A stretch of DNA of 64,000 nucleotides from Lama guanicoe (GCA_013239625.1 MU053754.1:555379-619378); one strand, 5' to 3'. Shown: positions 50,342 to 63,770, counted from the stretch's first letter. Notes: generated by a model not told the origin, from the sequence alone. Numbers and translations: made by a program.

Positions 50342-51108
50342 TATATATATATATATGTATGTGTGTATATATGTATGTACATACACACATATATATATAT
50401 ATATTTTATTGAAGTAAGTCGTTTTACAATGTGTGTCAATTTCTAATGTACAGCTTAATGCTTCAGTCATACATGAATATACGTATATTTGTTTTCATAT
50501 TCTTTTTCACCATAAGTTACTATAAGATATTGAATATAGTTCCCTGTGCTATATAGTATAAACTTGCTGTTTATTTTATATATATTAGTTAGTATCTGCA
50601 AATCTCAATCTCCCAATTTATCCCTTCCCACCTCTTTCCCCCATGGTAACATGGTTTGTTTTCTATGTCTGTGAGTCTGTTTCTGTTTTGTAAATAAGTT
50701 TGGCTTTTCTTTAGATTCCACGTATAAGTGTTATCATATGGTATTTTTCTTTCTCTTTCTGGCTTACTTCACTTAGAATGACAATCTTCAGGTCCATCCA
50801 TGTTACTGCAAATGGCATTATTTTATTCTTTTTTATGGCTGAGTAGTATTCCATTGTATAAATATACAACAGCTTCTTTATCCGATCATCTGTCAGTGGA
50901 CATTTAGGTTGTTTCCATGTCTTGGCTATTGTAAATAGTGCTGCTATGAACATCGGGGTGGGGTGCATGTATCTTTTAGAATTAGCGTTATCTCTGATTA
51001 TATGCCCAGGAGTGGGATTACTAGATCATAGGGTAAGTGTATTTTTCATTTTTTGAGGAATCTCCATACTGTTTTACATAATGGCCACAGCAAACTACAT
51101 TCTCACTG
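50342..51108 (-). mobile_element. 5'-truncated L1 (ORF2 C-terminus, 3' UTR, TA/TG microsatellite tail)
   Basis: ORF 50711..50968 encodes [37 protein letters not shown], the L1 ORF2p C-terminus. Confidence 0.95.
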
Positions 51109-51312
51109 TGGGTTTTAAATTACTGAAGTGTCTTTTCTGATCTTTGTCCATTAAAAAATTTGTTTGTCTTGTTATTGTAAGAGTTCTTCAGATACTCTAG
51201 ATATGTGCCCCCTTTTTAGGCACTGTGTTACAAATATTTTGTACTACTTTGTATCTTGCTTACTCATTTTTAAAGTGATTTCTTTTGAAGAGCAGAAATT
51301 TATAAATATCTT

Positions 51313-51399
51313 TTATTTTTAATGGGGGTACTGGGGATTGAACCCAAGACCTCATGCATGCTTAGCATGTGCCCTACCACTGAGCTACATCCTCCCCAC
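51313..51399 (-). mobile_element. Camelid tRNA-derived SINE (Vic-1-like)
   Basis: ggtactggggattgaacccaagacctcatgcatgcttagcatgtgccctaccactgagcta; TSD tataaatatctt (51301-51312) / tgtaattatctt (51400-51411). Confidence 0.9.
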
Positions 51400-51479
51400 T
51401 GTAATTATCTTGAAGTCCAATTCAGCAAAACATTCTTTTAATCTTGTGAAGGGTGCTTTTTTTTTTTATCCTCAGAAAT

Positions 51480-51597
51480 TGCTATGGTCTGAATATTTGT
51501 ATATCCCCAAAATTGGTCTATTAAATCCTAATGCCCAGGGTCGGGGAGGAAGATGTCGGGGGTGGGGTAGTAGGGGGTGGGGGCTTTAGGAGGTGAT
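51480..51597 (+). mobile_element. MLT1A/MST-like LTR 5' fragment
   Basis: tgctatggtctgaatatttgtatatccccaaaatt..aaatcctaat..ggggctttaggaggtgat. Confidence 0.65.
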
Positions 51598-54500
51598 ATT
51601 TCCTAGATTTTCAACACATGAACTTCACTGCCTGCTGCTACGAGGGAGTGTTTTCGTCTCTCTGCGCCCTGTTGCGAGGTGCAGGAAGACGGAGGATTTA
51701 CGGAGCACTTTTTCTTTCAGATTAGAGGAAACAACGTATAGGTTGAATGTCCCCTAAGAATTATTTTCCCATCATTCGAAAAAATAAGTTGCAGGGCTGT
51801 TGTCACATTGCAAGTCTGTCATCTTCCTGCCACGTGTCACTCCTCCTGAGTGGGGTTTATAATCAGCAGCAAGAGAAAACTTTGTTATTTTTCAGCGAAA
51901 AACTTAGGGAATGGATTTGCAGTGTGCTGGCAATGCATGTTTTGCATTCTTAATGAATATTAGGGCTTTTAACATCAAAACATACTAAAAAATGAAGGCA
52001 AAGATCTTGTCAGAAAATATCTATGTCTGTATGGTTCTGCTCGTAAGTTTTTTACCAGAGAGAGAAACAAATAGATTCATTTCTTAAACAGTGCAAGTGC
52101 CACGTGGTTCGTTTTCTTCACAGCTTCTCAGCTCTCCAGTAGTGTTGCACAAGTCTCTTGTTGGAAAGGTCAGTGTAGTGTGACCCGGGCATTTAACTCT
52201 AAATGTTGACCTCTACGCCTTCAGGAAGAATATAAATTTCTGTGGGACTGGGAGAAAACTAGCAACAGTAACTCTAATAAAGCTTAGATGTCTTAGGAAA
52301 GCTGCCCTTTGGCCAGGCAGCAGTTGCTCTTACAGTGGGAGCTGATGTGAAGTTGAGAGCTGGGTGCAGGTGCTCACAGCATGCACGTCTCCCCGAAGCA
52401 AGGCTGGCTGGAAGGACAAAACAGGTTTTCTTTTCAAGCAGCAGCTAAAGCTGGTCGATCAGAGCAACGTATGTACAGACTCAGAACAGGATATATTGTG
52501 TTTATTCTGACTGTGCCTGCTGACCATATGCGTGTCCAGAAGTACTGCTACGTCCTTGAAAGGCCCGGGAAAGTGGCCAGAGAACATTCCTATTTTGGCA
52601 TTAAAAAGGTGTTTGAGAAAACGTCAGAAAATGTCGCTTCCACCACATGCTGGTGGGGCTGGGCTCAGAGGTGTAAGGTGAAAAGGGCGGGCCAGACGAG
52701 GACACAGATGTGCCCACAGATGTCCGCGTTGGCCATGGCATGAGGCTCCTCCCAGTCTGGGGAATCAGCTCATTTCAGTCCATCAGGAGTAAGGTGGGGC
52801 AAGTCCCGGGGACCCAGAAGTCCCAACTGTACAGCTCGTATTCCTTTTCTTCATGCTTGCACGTTAGGTCTTCATTTCAGCCTGTCCTGAAAGTATAAAT
52901 TCAAGATAAACCTATATGTGCTGTAAATAAGTCTATTAAGGTTTTGGAAGATGATTCTTTCTGTGCCAGATTATGTGAAGATCCTTTCTGTTCCTGATTA
53001 CTCTTGAATTTTAAGAGCATGTGACATCAACTTTATGCGAAAGGAAATCTTTGTAAAAAAAAAAAAGATAGGTGTATGTGCGTATATCTGTAGATACACA
53101 CATGTATATGATATGTATAATACACATATATGTACCATGGTAGCGGTTTTTACGTGGACGCAATCCATAGTCCTAAACTCTCTCATCTAAGGGCATCCTG
53201 TAAGAATTGATAATTGCAGCCCCACTCTTAAAGGAAACAGAAGAAGAAAGCAGGTATTTGAGCCAAGCACGTCACGAGTTAAGGAGAAGAGTCGTTTCCT
53301 TTCTGGCTGTGTGATAGGATTCCATTTTCACTTCTGCAAGCTTCAGTCTTTTTCTGGACAACTGAAAAATATATACAGAGGCTTCGAGACTTAGCAGTGC
53401 TCAATGAACTCTCATTTACTTTATTCCTATCTGCCTACCATCTGTCTATCATGTAGAAATGTATCTGTCATCTTTCCAGTATTTATTTATGTGTTCCTCT
53501 GCCATCTGTGTACATATGGATGTATGTGCCTATCTGCGGCATTTCTGAAGCTGTGGTATGTGGTTAAGACACACCCTTAGTAACTGAGGAACAGTCATAT
53601 ATTAATGTCAGCTTGAGAGTTATTGATGGATTCGGCAACTATTTAATGAGTATCAGCTTTGTGCAAAGCTGATAGCAGAAGTTACTATTATTCCCAATTA
53701 TGAAAAATTATAGTGCACGTTGCCTAAATGTATGCATGCAGAGAGCAGTCCAGATTTTGTCATTGCTGTCCGTGGGTTCTCTTTACACAAACATATTTTA
53801 TTTGTTAACAAGCACTTGGGAAGACGTCCCTGAGTGGAGCCAAGCGTAGGAATTACGGAAAAGATGGTATCACACTGTTTTTGTAGGAAAAAACATGCCT
53901 GAAACCAAGCCCCACACAAAAAGTTAATCATTGCGGTTCAGAAAAATGTTTTCTCAGTAGATACAGGCTTTGTCTCTCTGTGTTGGTGTGGCATTTCCCG
54001 TTTGTTGAGCGGTGAGCAGTGCCTCCCCTCGTGTGCCTGAAACCCCTGCTGTTCCCAAAGGTGTCCCAGAGAGAAACGTGGCCTTAAGTGTCTGTGTCCC
54101 TAGGGAGCCCAAGGTTTCTGCTAAATTAATCTCTTCAAGGTTGGCTTGGGGAGGTTGCAAGATGCTTTTTTAATCTCTATGCCCTGAACTCTGAGTTAAG
54201 GCCTTCCAGACAGCGCCTTTGTGACAGTCAAGGGGGAGTATAGCTTTTATTCCTCGTTGGAGCCAGGAGCAAATGCAGAACAGAGGGTCAGAGATCCGAG
54301 GAGGCTTGTTAAGAGGCGTGGAAGGCAGAGGTCGGCTGCTGCTGCTTAATGAGCTGCTGTCACATTTCCAGCAGGGCCAGCGTCTAATCAGAGCTGCTGC
54401 GCCTCTTAGGAATGCCTCTTAGGTTTGGAAACGGACATGACATTCCCCAGGTAGCTTATAATTCAGGCCAGTTTGATCCATGAGATCATCGTGCATTCTT

Positions 54501-54804
54501 TAAAGGAGTCTGTGAAGTATAACATGGGGGAAAGAGATGACAAAAATCAGTACTGGCCTTACTCAAATTTAGATTGCACGACTCCTTTCATGGGAGAGAG
54601 AAAAAAATAAAAATTAACAAATCAAAAATCAAGTCCTGGTCTGATTTTTTTTTTTTTTTTGGTTGAATGTGTTATGTTTCAGCAAGTACCACAGGGAGAT
54701 AAAATACTAATCCATTGTAATGCAGTCCTTCTCTTTTATTAGCAGAAAAGCATTCCGAGGAAACGGGAAACCACTGTTCTCATTCTATGCCCCTCCTGCT
54801 ATTC

Positions 54805-55065
54805 TCGGGGCTGGCAAACTGTAGCCGCTGGGCCACATCTGGCCCACTGCCTGTTTCGTAAATAAAGTTTTATTGGAAGACTGGCCCACTGCCTCTTTGT
54901 AAATAAAGTTTTATTGGAAGACAGCCATGGGCACTCATGGGAGAGCAGTCGATGGCTGCTTTTGTGATACAACAGCAGAGCTGAATAGTGAAACAGATTC
55001 TTTGGCCCACAGAGCCTAAAATGTTTTTCATCTAATTCTTGACAGGAAAGTTCGCTGACCATCTG
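54805..55065. mobile_element. MER58A hAT transposon with internal 41-42 bp duplication
   Basis: ggggctggcaaactgtagcc..gggccacatctggcccactgcctgttt..gtaaataaagttttattggaa..aaagttcgctgacc. Confidence 0.85.
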
Positions 55066-55124
55066 AAGGACCCTTCTTGTGCTCAGGGTCTCCATTGCCC
55101 TCTTATCTGTGAACTTCTCCTTGG

Positions 55125-55280
55125 CAGAACCCTATTCAGCTACCAGAATAGCTTCTCGCATATGTGGCTACAGAGTACTTGAAATGTGGCTGTCATGACG
55201 GAGGAGCTGAGGTTTAAATTTTGTTGAGTTTTCATTCATTTGAGTAGCTTCTCATAGCTCTTGGCTGCTCTGTTGGGTAC
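55125..55280. mobile_element. MER3/MER33-like hAT fragment
   Basis: catatgtggctacagagtacttgaaatgtggct..gaggagctgaggtttaaatttt. Confidence 0.6.
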
Positions 55281-55369
55281 ATGAAAGAGTTCTTTGGTTG
55301 CATCACAATCTAAGGAAAGAAGAAATCTGGCAAGCTCTGGTCTCCCTGTGACACTCCTTTTCTAAGATT

Positions 55370-56480
55370 TTTCTTCTGAAATACAACACATACAACATAA
55401 CACAAATACACGTTGTGCAGAAACGTTAATTATACCATTTTTATTTAACGTGTATCAGATTATGTAGGATTTCAATCTTTCTGAGTTCACCTTAATGTTT
55501 TTAAAGGAATGTGTATGATTTGAAATGTGAAATTTGGGGTATAATGTCATTGTCTTCCCAGTTCATTTTTGACATCAATTACATGTGTTCTCTTTTTTCC
55601 CTTTTTTCCGAGTCAACTTTCCAGTTGGTTACCAGTTTTACCTTTGTTTTAAAAGACTGACCATTAGCTCTGTTCTACATTTTCTTCTATTTTATCTTTT
55701 TCTCTTATCAGTTGGTGCTGTCTTTACTATGACCATCCTTTTCCTTTCTTTGAGTCATTTCTTTGAGTTTATTCTGTTTCTTTAGCTGCTTGGTTTGAGT
55801 TCTTAGCACAGGAATCTAACTTCTTTTCCCTTCACATATGCCTTTTCGGTGCGAAGCTTCTGTCTCTGTGCCTTTGATATATCAGTTTGACTAGCACGTG
55901 ATTCAGCTTTCTTTTTAATTATCCAGCTTGAGATTGATTGATCTTTGATTCTGAAGATTTGTGTCTTTCACCAAAGCTGCAAAGTTCTCGACCATTTTCT
56001 TTTCATGTTGCCTCTTCTGCATTAAAAAAAATTTTTTTTAAATATATTTTGGATCTTGTCATTTAGTCAGCTAAATCTAAAACTTCGGTTTAATTTTTCT
56101 ACTTCACTTTCCTGTAGTCCATTCTGCATTATAGCTACACATCTGTGTTATAATTCATTAGTACTCTCTTCGGCTTCCTTAGTCTGCCTATAATCCTTCC
56201 ACTGATTCTTAAAATTTCACCTTTTTTTTTTTCATTTAAAAAATTTTACATGGTAATCTCTCAAAAATCTGCCTGGCCATTTTTATGGTATCTTGTTTCT
56301 TACTGATGTTGTCCGTTCCTTCCATGTTTGTTTAGACATTTAATATACACCTATTTTATCTTCTGCGCTGAGTGTTAACATCTGATAGCTTTGGGGGTTA
56401 TACCCTACTGTTTGATTCCAATGACTGTCACTCTTGGTGGGTGGAAATCCTACCTTTTATTTTTTTTATTGTAATTTTTT
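55370..56480 (-). mobile_element. Old L1 (L1ME-like) fragments
   Basis: T-rich degenerate L1-antisense motifs (tctgaagatttgtgtctttcac..aaagttctcgaccattttctt). Confidence 0.45.
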
Positions 56481-58299
56481 GGGTCTATCTCTATGGAATT
56501 TCTGAGGCTCGGGCTGAGGGTCCTTTCCTGGAGGAAAATTTGTGTTTGCTACTGATGCCTTGGAACATTTCAGAACCGAGGCCACTTTCAACACAATTTC
56601 TTCTTGGTGTTTCACTGGTCACTCAGACAGTCTCCTGGATATTTCTGCTTGGGGTTAGCTTGTCGCCCAAATTTCAGGGGAGACAGTTCTTGGTGGTTTT
56701 GTATTTGTTTGCTCTGTTGTTACTGACCTTCATGCAGAGCCGAGAGGGCAGGCGCTCATCAGCCTGGGGACGAGCAGCAGGGAGAGGTGGGCGTGCGCGA
56801 CCGGAGCCCTCCTGTAGGAGACGCTGCCCGCTGCTTCTGCTCGGTCCGGGGCAGATGTGGAAGAAAGTTGTGCTGGTCTAAGGAGAACCAGTGGTCTGCC
56901 GTCTCACACACACACTCTTTACTTAACCACCCGGCGTGTGTGAGCCCAGCTAACGTCTCTGATCCCCCGCACCAGCAGTTTTATCAGTGTGCCTAAGGGC
57001 ACACAGGTACACTCCTGTGTCCTGAGTAAACGGCTCATCGAGAAATTGTTTTAGGGTGCCCCTCTGAGTTTTCCTGTATCTGGAAAAGACTGAATAGTTC
57101 ACAAGCAGTGTAGTGGGTGGGGTCTGTTTCGTGAAGGTGTCTTTCAACCTTCAAACTGTGAAATCCGTAAACCATACACGGTTGGTGCGAAGGGTCAGGT
57201 GCGGAGCCTGCCAGAAGAGCCTACTCCTTTCTGAGGCTGATGTACAGTGTAACCTAATAGTCAGACCATGGTAACACGTCGATCATGGCAGTCTGGGACA
57301 CATTCAGTACCTTCTACCCCGACAGTTTTTCTCTAACCAAATGGCATCGGGTTTGTAAAATAAAGAAGATGACTTTGCTTGTCTGTACAAAAGCAAAGAC
57401 AGGTTTTCTTAAAGACAAATCTTGGGCAGTGGAAACATTTTACTATCCTCAAGCTTAGAAAGGAATCATAGTTATCTTTTTGCTTGCATCCTTTAAACCA
57501 GGATCAAGATGGACATGGGAAACTTTACAAAATGACCTATATGCCTGGGGAGATTTTTTTTTCCCTCCTACTAAGGACTAAAGTCAAGTTACAAAATTAA
57601 TATATTTGGTCCTTGGAAAATTTGCTAAATTGCAGATGAAACACATGGATGGACAAATGTCTGCTTCCATCTTCTTTTAGTACTTTTGGTGACAGCAAAT
57701 TGAGAGCCTTTAGACTAACCTAACATTTTTTTTGTTCCTTTGGTGTGTTCCTTTCTCCACTTGTTCTGAACCAACACGATTAACTGACTGATACGCAGGG
57801 CAAGGTGGGGAACTTACTCCCTTTGATACTTTTAGTTTGGTGTCTCCAGCTTTGATATACAAGAACCAGGACTTCTTACAAGTTCCCCAAAGTGCTTCTT
57901 ACCATCAGGCAAATCAGGAAACACTAATTTAGCGAATTCACTCTCCATTAACCGCACACTCAATTTACAAAATGACCTCAGTGCTTGTGGAAATATTTTT
58001 ATTTTTCCCTATTAAACACCAAAGTCAAGATACAAGACAAATATAGTTCACTCTTGGAAATTTGCAAAATTCTCATAGCATATGAATTCATACATTATCC
58101 TCTCATTTGTGCGTATCATGTTGAAAATTTTGTTTGTTTTCTGTTGGTCCTCAATCACTTGCTCTTAAGCTCTTACCCACATGGGTCAAGGAAAGCACTT
58201 TGTGAATTAGAATTTTGTTACCCTTGTAATGCATGCTATTTACTGGGTTAAAGGTCTTTGTGTCCCAGACAGAGGCCTTGTGGGCACATGGTGGGGAGG

Positions 58300-58520
58300 A
58301 AGCAGTAGCTCAGCTTCGGGGCTGTAGACTCATTGGCTCACTGTCACCTGTGTCACTTCCTGGATGGGTGACTTGGGCACCCTGTATAAACTCTACGAGT
58401 CTCACATTCCTTTTCTGCAGAGTGGAGTTAATGATTCCTCTTACTGAATGAGTTGATGCTAAAGGAAGGTAACTTATATAACATGCTTTCATGAGGTTAA
58501 GTATTTAAGAAATGACACTA
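58300..58520 (+). mobile_element. MIR SINE
   Basis: tcacttcctggatgggtgacttgggca..ctcacattccttttctgcagagtggagttaatgat resembles the MIR core. Confidence 0.6.
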
Positions 58521-58939
58521 AACCTTAGTGTTACTGTGAATATTGGTGTAATTTTGTTGCTGTTGGTTATTACTGTTATCATTAGAAGACATGGCAGTTG
58601 TCTGTGAAGATGACAGGGGGCTGTATATGAAAAAAGAAATAAAATTCAACAACCTATTAGGTGAAGGTTTTGCGAATGTTTTGCAGTAGACAACAGGAAA
58701 GTTTTATGACATTGGGACCCTTTGAACATCTTTTCCCTTCCCAGTAGACACCTTATGTTCTAGTCCAGTTCTGATATGTCAGTTCTTAACAGTGATCAAA
58801 TAATGTAGTAAACTTTGTTGCTCAATCTGTTTAACTTTTTATTTAAAAAGATATCAAAAGCTAATGACATACTAACATGAAAAATGAAAAGATGTATTGT
58901 TAGAGTGGTTATGTGTGGTAAGATTCTTATTTTTAAATA

Positions 58940-59070
58940 GGGGGCTGGGGTATAACTCAGTGGCAGAGCACATGCTTAGCATGCATAAGGTCCTGAGTTC
59001 AGTCCCCAGTACATCCATTAAAAAAAAAACAAAAAAGAAAAAAGGAAAGAAAAAAATCTTAAAAAAAAGA
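58940..59070 (+). mobile_element. Camelid tRNA-derived SINE (Vic-1-like)
   Basis: ggggtataactcagtggcagagcacatgcttagcatgcataaggtcctgagttcagtccccagtac with A/B-box-like motifs and a long A-rich tail. Confidence 0.9.
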
Positions 59071-59591
59071 CCACAAGCCTGAGTTTTTGTGTGCTAGATA
59101 AAATAACATTGGAATAGCTAAACTGATAAAAAAAAAAGTAAAAAAAAGTCAAAGGTAAATGAATGGCAAAACAGTTTATATACACACGTATATAAAAATC
59201 AAATAAAAATACACATCATTACATTTTCTCTGACAGACATTGGAATATCTAAGTGAATACAGCGAGATTTGTACAAGGAAGTTCATTGTTAAATTTTTCA
59301 CTTTCTTGGTAAAGAAAAAATAGGAAAAACTCAAATATTTATTAATGGTTAAATGGTAAATTTGGGATATATCTGTAGCATGTGATATAATAGTTATAAC
59401 ATTTAAAAGGAATTTGCTATGTATGTGAACAGATATCAAAGTCGTAATGAGAAAGATAACAAGCAAGTTATAGACTGTATACTCTCTATTGTTCATGTGC
59501 ATTGAAGATGCACAGAACATTGTGGTGTTTATGAAGGGTAGTTATTTAACAGAACTTTACCTAAAAGAAGAGGCTGATTATGCATTAAATT

Positions 59592-60452
59592 CTTATTTAT
59601 TTATTTACTTATTTATTGAGTTATAGTCATTTTACAGTGTTGTGTCAAATTCCAGTGTAGAGCACAATTTTTCAGTTATACATGAACATACATGTATTCA
59701 TTGTCTCATTCTTTTTCACTGTGAGCTATCACAAGATCTTGTATATATTTCCCTGTGCTATACAGTATAATCTTGTTTATCTATTCTACATATGCCTGTC
59801 AGTATCTACAAATTTTGAACTCCCAGTCTGTCCCTTCCCACCCCACTGCCCCTTGGCAACCACAAGTTTGTATTCTATGTCTATGAGTCTTGAGTCTGTT
59901 TCTGTTTTGTATTTATGTTCTTTTTTTTTTTTTCAGAGTCCGCAAATGAGCAATCTCATATGGTATTTTTCTTTCTCTTTCTGGCTTACTTCACTTAGAA
60001 TGACATTCTCTAGGAACATCCATGTTGCTGCAAATGAAGTTACGTTGTCAGTTTTTATGGCTGAATAGTATTCCATGGTAAAAATATACCATATCTTCTT
60101 TATCCAGTCATCTGTTGATGGACATTTAGGCTGTTTCCATGTCTTGGCTGTTGTAAATAGTGCTGCTATGAACATTGGGGTGCAGGTGTCATCCTGAAGT
60201 AGGGTTCCTTCTGGATATATGCCCAGGAGCAGGATTCCTGGGTCATATGGTAAATCTATTCCTAGTCTTTTGAGGAATCTCCATTCTGTTTTCCTCAGTG
60301 GCTTTACCAAACTGTATTCCCACCAGCAGTATAGGAGGGTTCCCTTTTCTCCACAGCCTCTCCAACATTTGTCATTTGTGGACTTTTGAATGATGGCCAT
60401 TCTGACTGGTGTGAGGTGATACCTCATGATAATTAGTGATATTGAGCATTTT
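59592..60452 (-). mobile_element. Younger 5'-truncated L1 (ORF2 C-terminus plus 3' UTR)
   Basis: Uninterrupted 164-aa ORF 59933..60427: [50 protein letters not shown]; (TTTA)n tail. Confidence 0.95.
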
Positions 60453-61061
60453 CATTGAAGTACAGTCGATTTGCAATGTTGTGTTAGTTTCTGGTGTGCA
60501 GCATGGTGGTTCAGTTACACATTTTTATATATACATATTTCTTTTAATATTTTTTCACTATAGGCTATTACAAGATATTCAGTATAGTTCCCTGTGCTAT
60601 ACAGTAGGACTTTGTTGTTTATCTATTTTATATATAGTAGTATAGTATATCTGCAAATCCCAAACTCCCAACTTATCTGTTCTCACCCTCTTCCCCCACT
60701 AGTAACCATAAGTTTGTTTTCTATGTGTGTGAGTCTGTTTCTGTTTTGAAAATAAATTCATTTGTCTCATTTTTTAAGATTCCACCTATAAGTGACAGCA
60801 TATAGTATTTGTCTTTCTCTTTTTGACTTACTTCACTTAGTATGGCAATCTCCAGGTCTGTCCATGTTGCTGCAAATGGCATTATTTCATCCTTTTGTAT
60901 GGCTGAGTAGTATTCAATTGTATATATACACCACATCTTCTTTATCCAGTAATCTGTTGATGGACATTTAGGTTGCTTCAATGTCTTGGCTATGGTAAAT
61001 AGTGCTGCAGTAAACGTTGGGGTGCCTGTATCTTTTTGAATCAGAGTTTTCTCTGGATATA
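60453..61061 (-). mobile_element. Second 5'-truncated L1 of a different subfamily
   Basis: ORF 60721..60981 [34 protein letters not shown]; its 3' UTR differs from the adjacent copy. Confidence 0.92.
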
Positions 61062-62489
61062 TGGTTATGCATTAAATAAATTACAACAAAGAGAAAGAAA
61101 AAAGGTAATAAATGTGACCTGAGTGTTTCACAGATGACTTCATCTTCGTGTGAAATGTCTTCTGCTCTTTTTAAAAGCCTGAAACAAAAGTGAAAGAACT
61201 ATTGTTAATTCCGAGTGACTTGTACACAGACATTTATTTTAATACGTTTTACATGATTAGAAATAGAAAAGCGAGGCTTCAGTAAATTAAAATACATGCC
61301 CTTAAGATGATGTTGTTTAGAGAAATGCTATAGGAGGAAATGCTTCCAATGTGTTTGGAAAGTTGGACTTTCCATTTTAATAAGACAGAGGAACAGAGGA
61401 AAGAAATATCTTTCCATTCCTGGGCCATGTAAATGTAATCAAATCACAGCCAATTAAATCCTATCTGTAATTTTTTTCTTTGAAGGAACCAAGCCATCAG
61501 AATTCTCATAGCATATCGATAACCAGAGGGAGATACTGAGATTCGTTCTCGACCCTGGCAGCTCCCAACAGCTACACCAGGGTGTCACACCTGTTTAATG
61601 TGCTTTGTAATTTATGGCACTCCATGGTTTGGGTGCAGTCAGGAAATAATGGAGCATCTAGAAATAGAACTTTCCATCGCTGCTCGTAATTAATATTCAC
61701 TCGGGATTTTCACAGAGAAGTCAGTGATATTATTCCAATACAAGCGTCTCTTCCTCCAAGTTATTTAGGGCAGGAAGCCTTGAATATTAAGAAAGGAGGA
61801 GTAGGACTCTAACAAAAATTAGTAAAATGAAAATTTTAAACAGAGAAAAAGTCTTTAAAACTCTCTCTGTTGCAAATTGTTGTCTGATGATGGTCTTGTG
61901 TCCAGAGTAATCCTTCCTGTTTCTTGATGCTCTTTTTATTGGGTAGAATGATGCCTGTCCATACATAGAGCACAAAATAAACCCCATTTCTCTGGTCACC
62001 TGTTTTTTTTTCCCACTTGTAGATGACATTTCTTGGATTCCTGGTCCTGAATCCCCATTTGCCTAGAATGGTTTAGCCAGATATCTACCTGCTCAAATGT
62101 CACCTCCCCTCTGCTGAGTTCTCACACCCCACTCCACCCTCATTTACAAGGGACCATGTAGTCCTACCATGAACTATGCACCAAGCACACTGGTCACACC
62201 TCCTTACCTGTGTGCACACGTGCGTGCCTGTGAGAACCTGTGCACCTGTTAGCTGTCTGAGGGCAGGAGTCATGTTGTGTTAGTTGTTCTGGACGCAACA
62301 CTGAGGACAGTAACTAGTCCATGATGGGCAGTCAGCATGCAGATGTGAAATGATTGAACAACATATTAGTGTTTTATAAAGAGCTTGAAAATAGACATGG
62401 AAATCGCCAATAAGCCAAGTTCAAATAGGCTGACATGAAGACATGACTGAGTTTGGGTATAGGAGATACAAATGGCTAGTAAAAAGCAT

Positions 62490-62720
62490 GTTTTAAAAAT
62501 GTTCAGATTTTATCATGAAACATTTTAGGCAAACGCAAAAGTTGAGAAAATAATATACTGGACTCCCCATCGCTCAGCTTCGGAACATGTTCTTGTGACC
62601 AGTCCTTTCATCGGTGCCTCCCCTCCCTTCATTGTGGATTGTTTTAAAGCCAGCTCCACACTCACATCACTTCTTTGATAAACATTTCATTGTTTATCTC
62701 CAGAGTGCAGGAATCTTTGA
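62490..62720 (-). mobile_element. L1MC-like 3' end
   Basis: ttttatcatgaaacatttta..aaaagttgagaaaataatata..gattgttttaaagc. Confidence 0.55.
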
Positions 62721-63589
62721 CTACGAGTCAGGTGAAATGTGTGACCGTGGAGAGGAATTGGGAGCCTTTGAGCCTGATTTGTGATCTGCAGACGACAGAT
62801 ATGGACAAGCGTCCTTGAGCGAGAAGACTCATCAGACAGAAGCGGTTGTATGGATTAGAGGAACAGAGTACATTGCTTACTCTGCATTTCCTTCGAAAGC
62901 TTATTGTCTCCAAGAGACACCTTTCTTAATGACTCTGGCCTTAGCTGACTGCCAAAGCCTCTTTATCAAGACAGTAGTTTCCACATCCACAAGGACAGTA
63001 GACAAAACCTTATTTGATCATTTTCCATTTGTGACAAACAGAGGCTCTGAGTAAATCAGAGCAGGGTAAGAGATGAGGTGGCCAGTTCACATTATTTGTC
63101 TAGGGCAGTCTCAAGAGTTTTGCCTTTTGTTCCAGAGCAGGGCATGAGTACAAACCGTCTCTGCTCAAAAAATGTCCAGACTTGAATCATGCAGTACATG
63201 GTAACTGTAGACAGAACGGCCTTCAACTAGGTTAGAGGCTGATGGTTATGGAGGACCACTGACCCAGATGAAGTGTGTAGCCAGCTGTCATGAGGGACGG
63301 GATGTGCAGAGAAGCCAGTGGTCAAGTTAACTGATTCACGAGCTCAGTCAGCTGGGCAGACGAGCGCACAGATAGCACTGAGTTCTGGGTCCTCTGATTC
63401 CAGTGCTGAAAATAGGTGATCTCTTCCTCTCATTTCTGCCCCCTGCTCGGGGAGGTAGAAATAAGCTGTCACTACACCCTGGGGGCCTGAGCGAGTCTTT
63501 CACAGGGGCCAAGACTGCTGATCTCCACCAAGGCATGGCTGGGTCCTTCTGCCCTCCTTCCAGGTCTAACGTGTTCTTGGTGCTCAAGT

Positions 63590-63770
63590 GAGCAGGACTG
63601 ACTTTGCAGAGGAAACCGTAATCTGGCGAGCAGAGTTTTAGTGACTGGTGGTGGTTTCATGTAGGTATGCATACCTAGGTTTCTACATGTGCAAGCTCAT
63701 TGAATTGTATGCATTAAATATATGCAGTGTTTTGTGTATAAATGATATACTTTGATAAAGCTGTTAAACA
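63590..63770 (+). mobile_element. Old L1 3' end
   Basis: ggtggtggtttcatg..aagctcattgaattgtatgcattaaatatatgcagtgttttgtgtataaatgatatactttgataaagctgtt. Confidence 0.65.

Noticed and set aside
58940..59020. tRNA gene
   Set aside because: tRNA-like A/B boxes but with an A-rich tail and two more diverged copies with TSDs: a SINE.
59933..60427. Functional protein or active L1
   Set aside because: Only the ORF2p C-terminus of a 5'-truncated copy; the zinc-knuckle His is replaced by Tyr (TLLYC).
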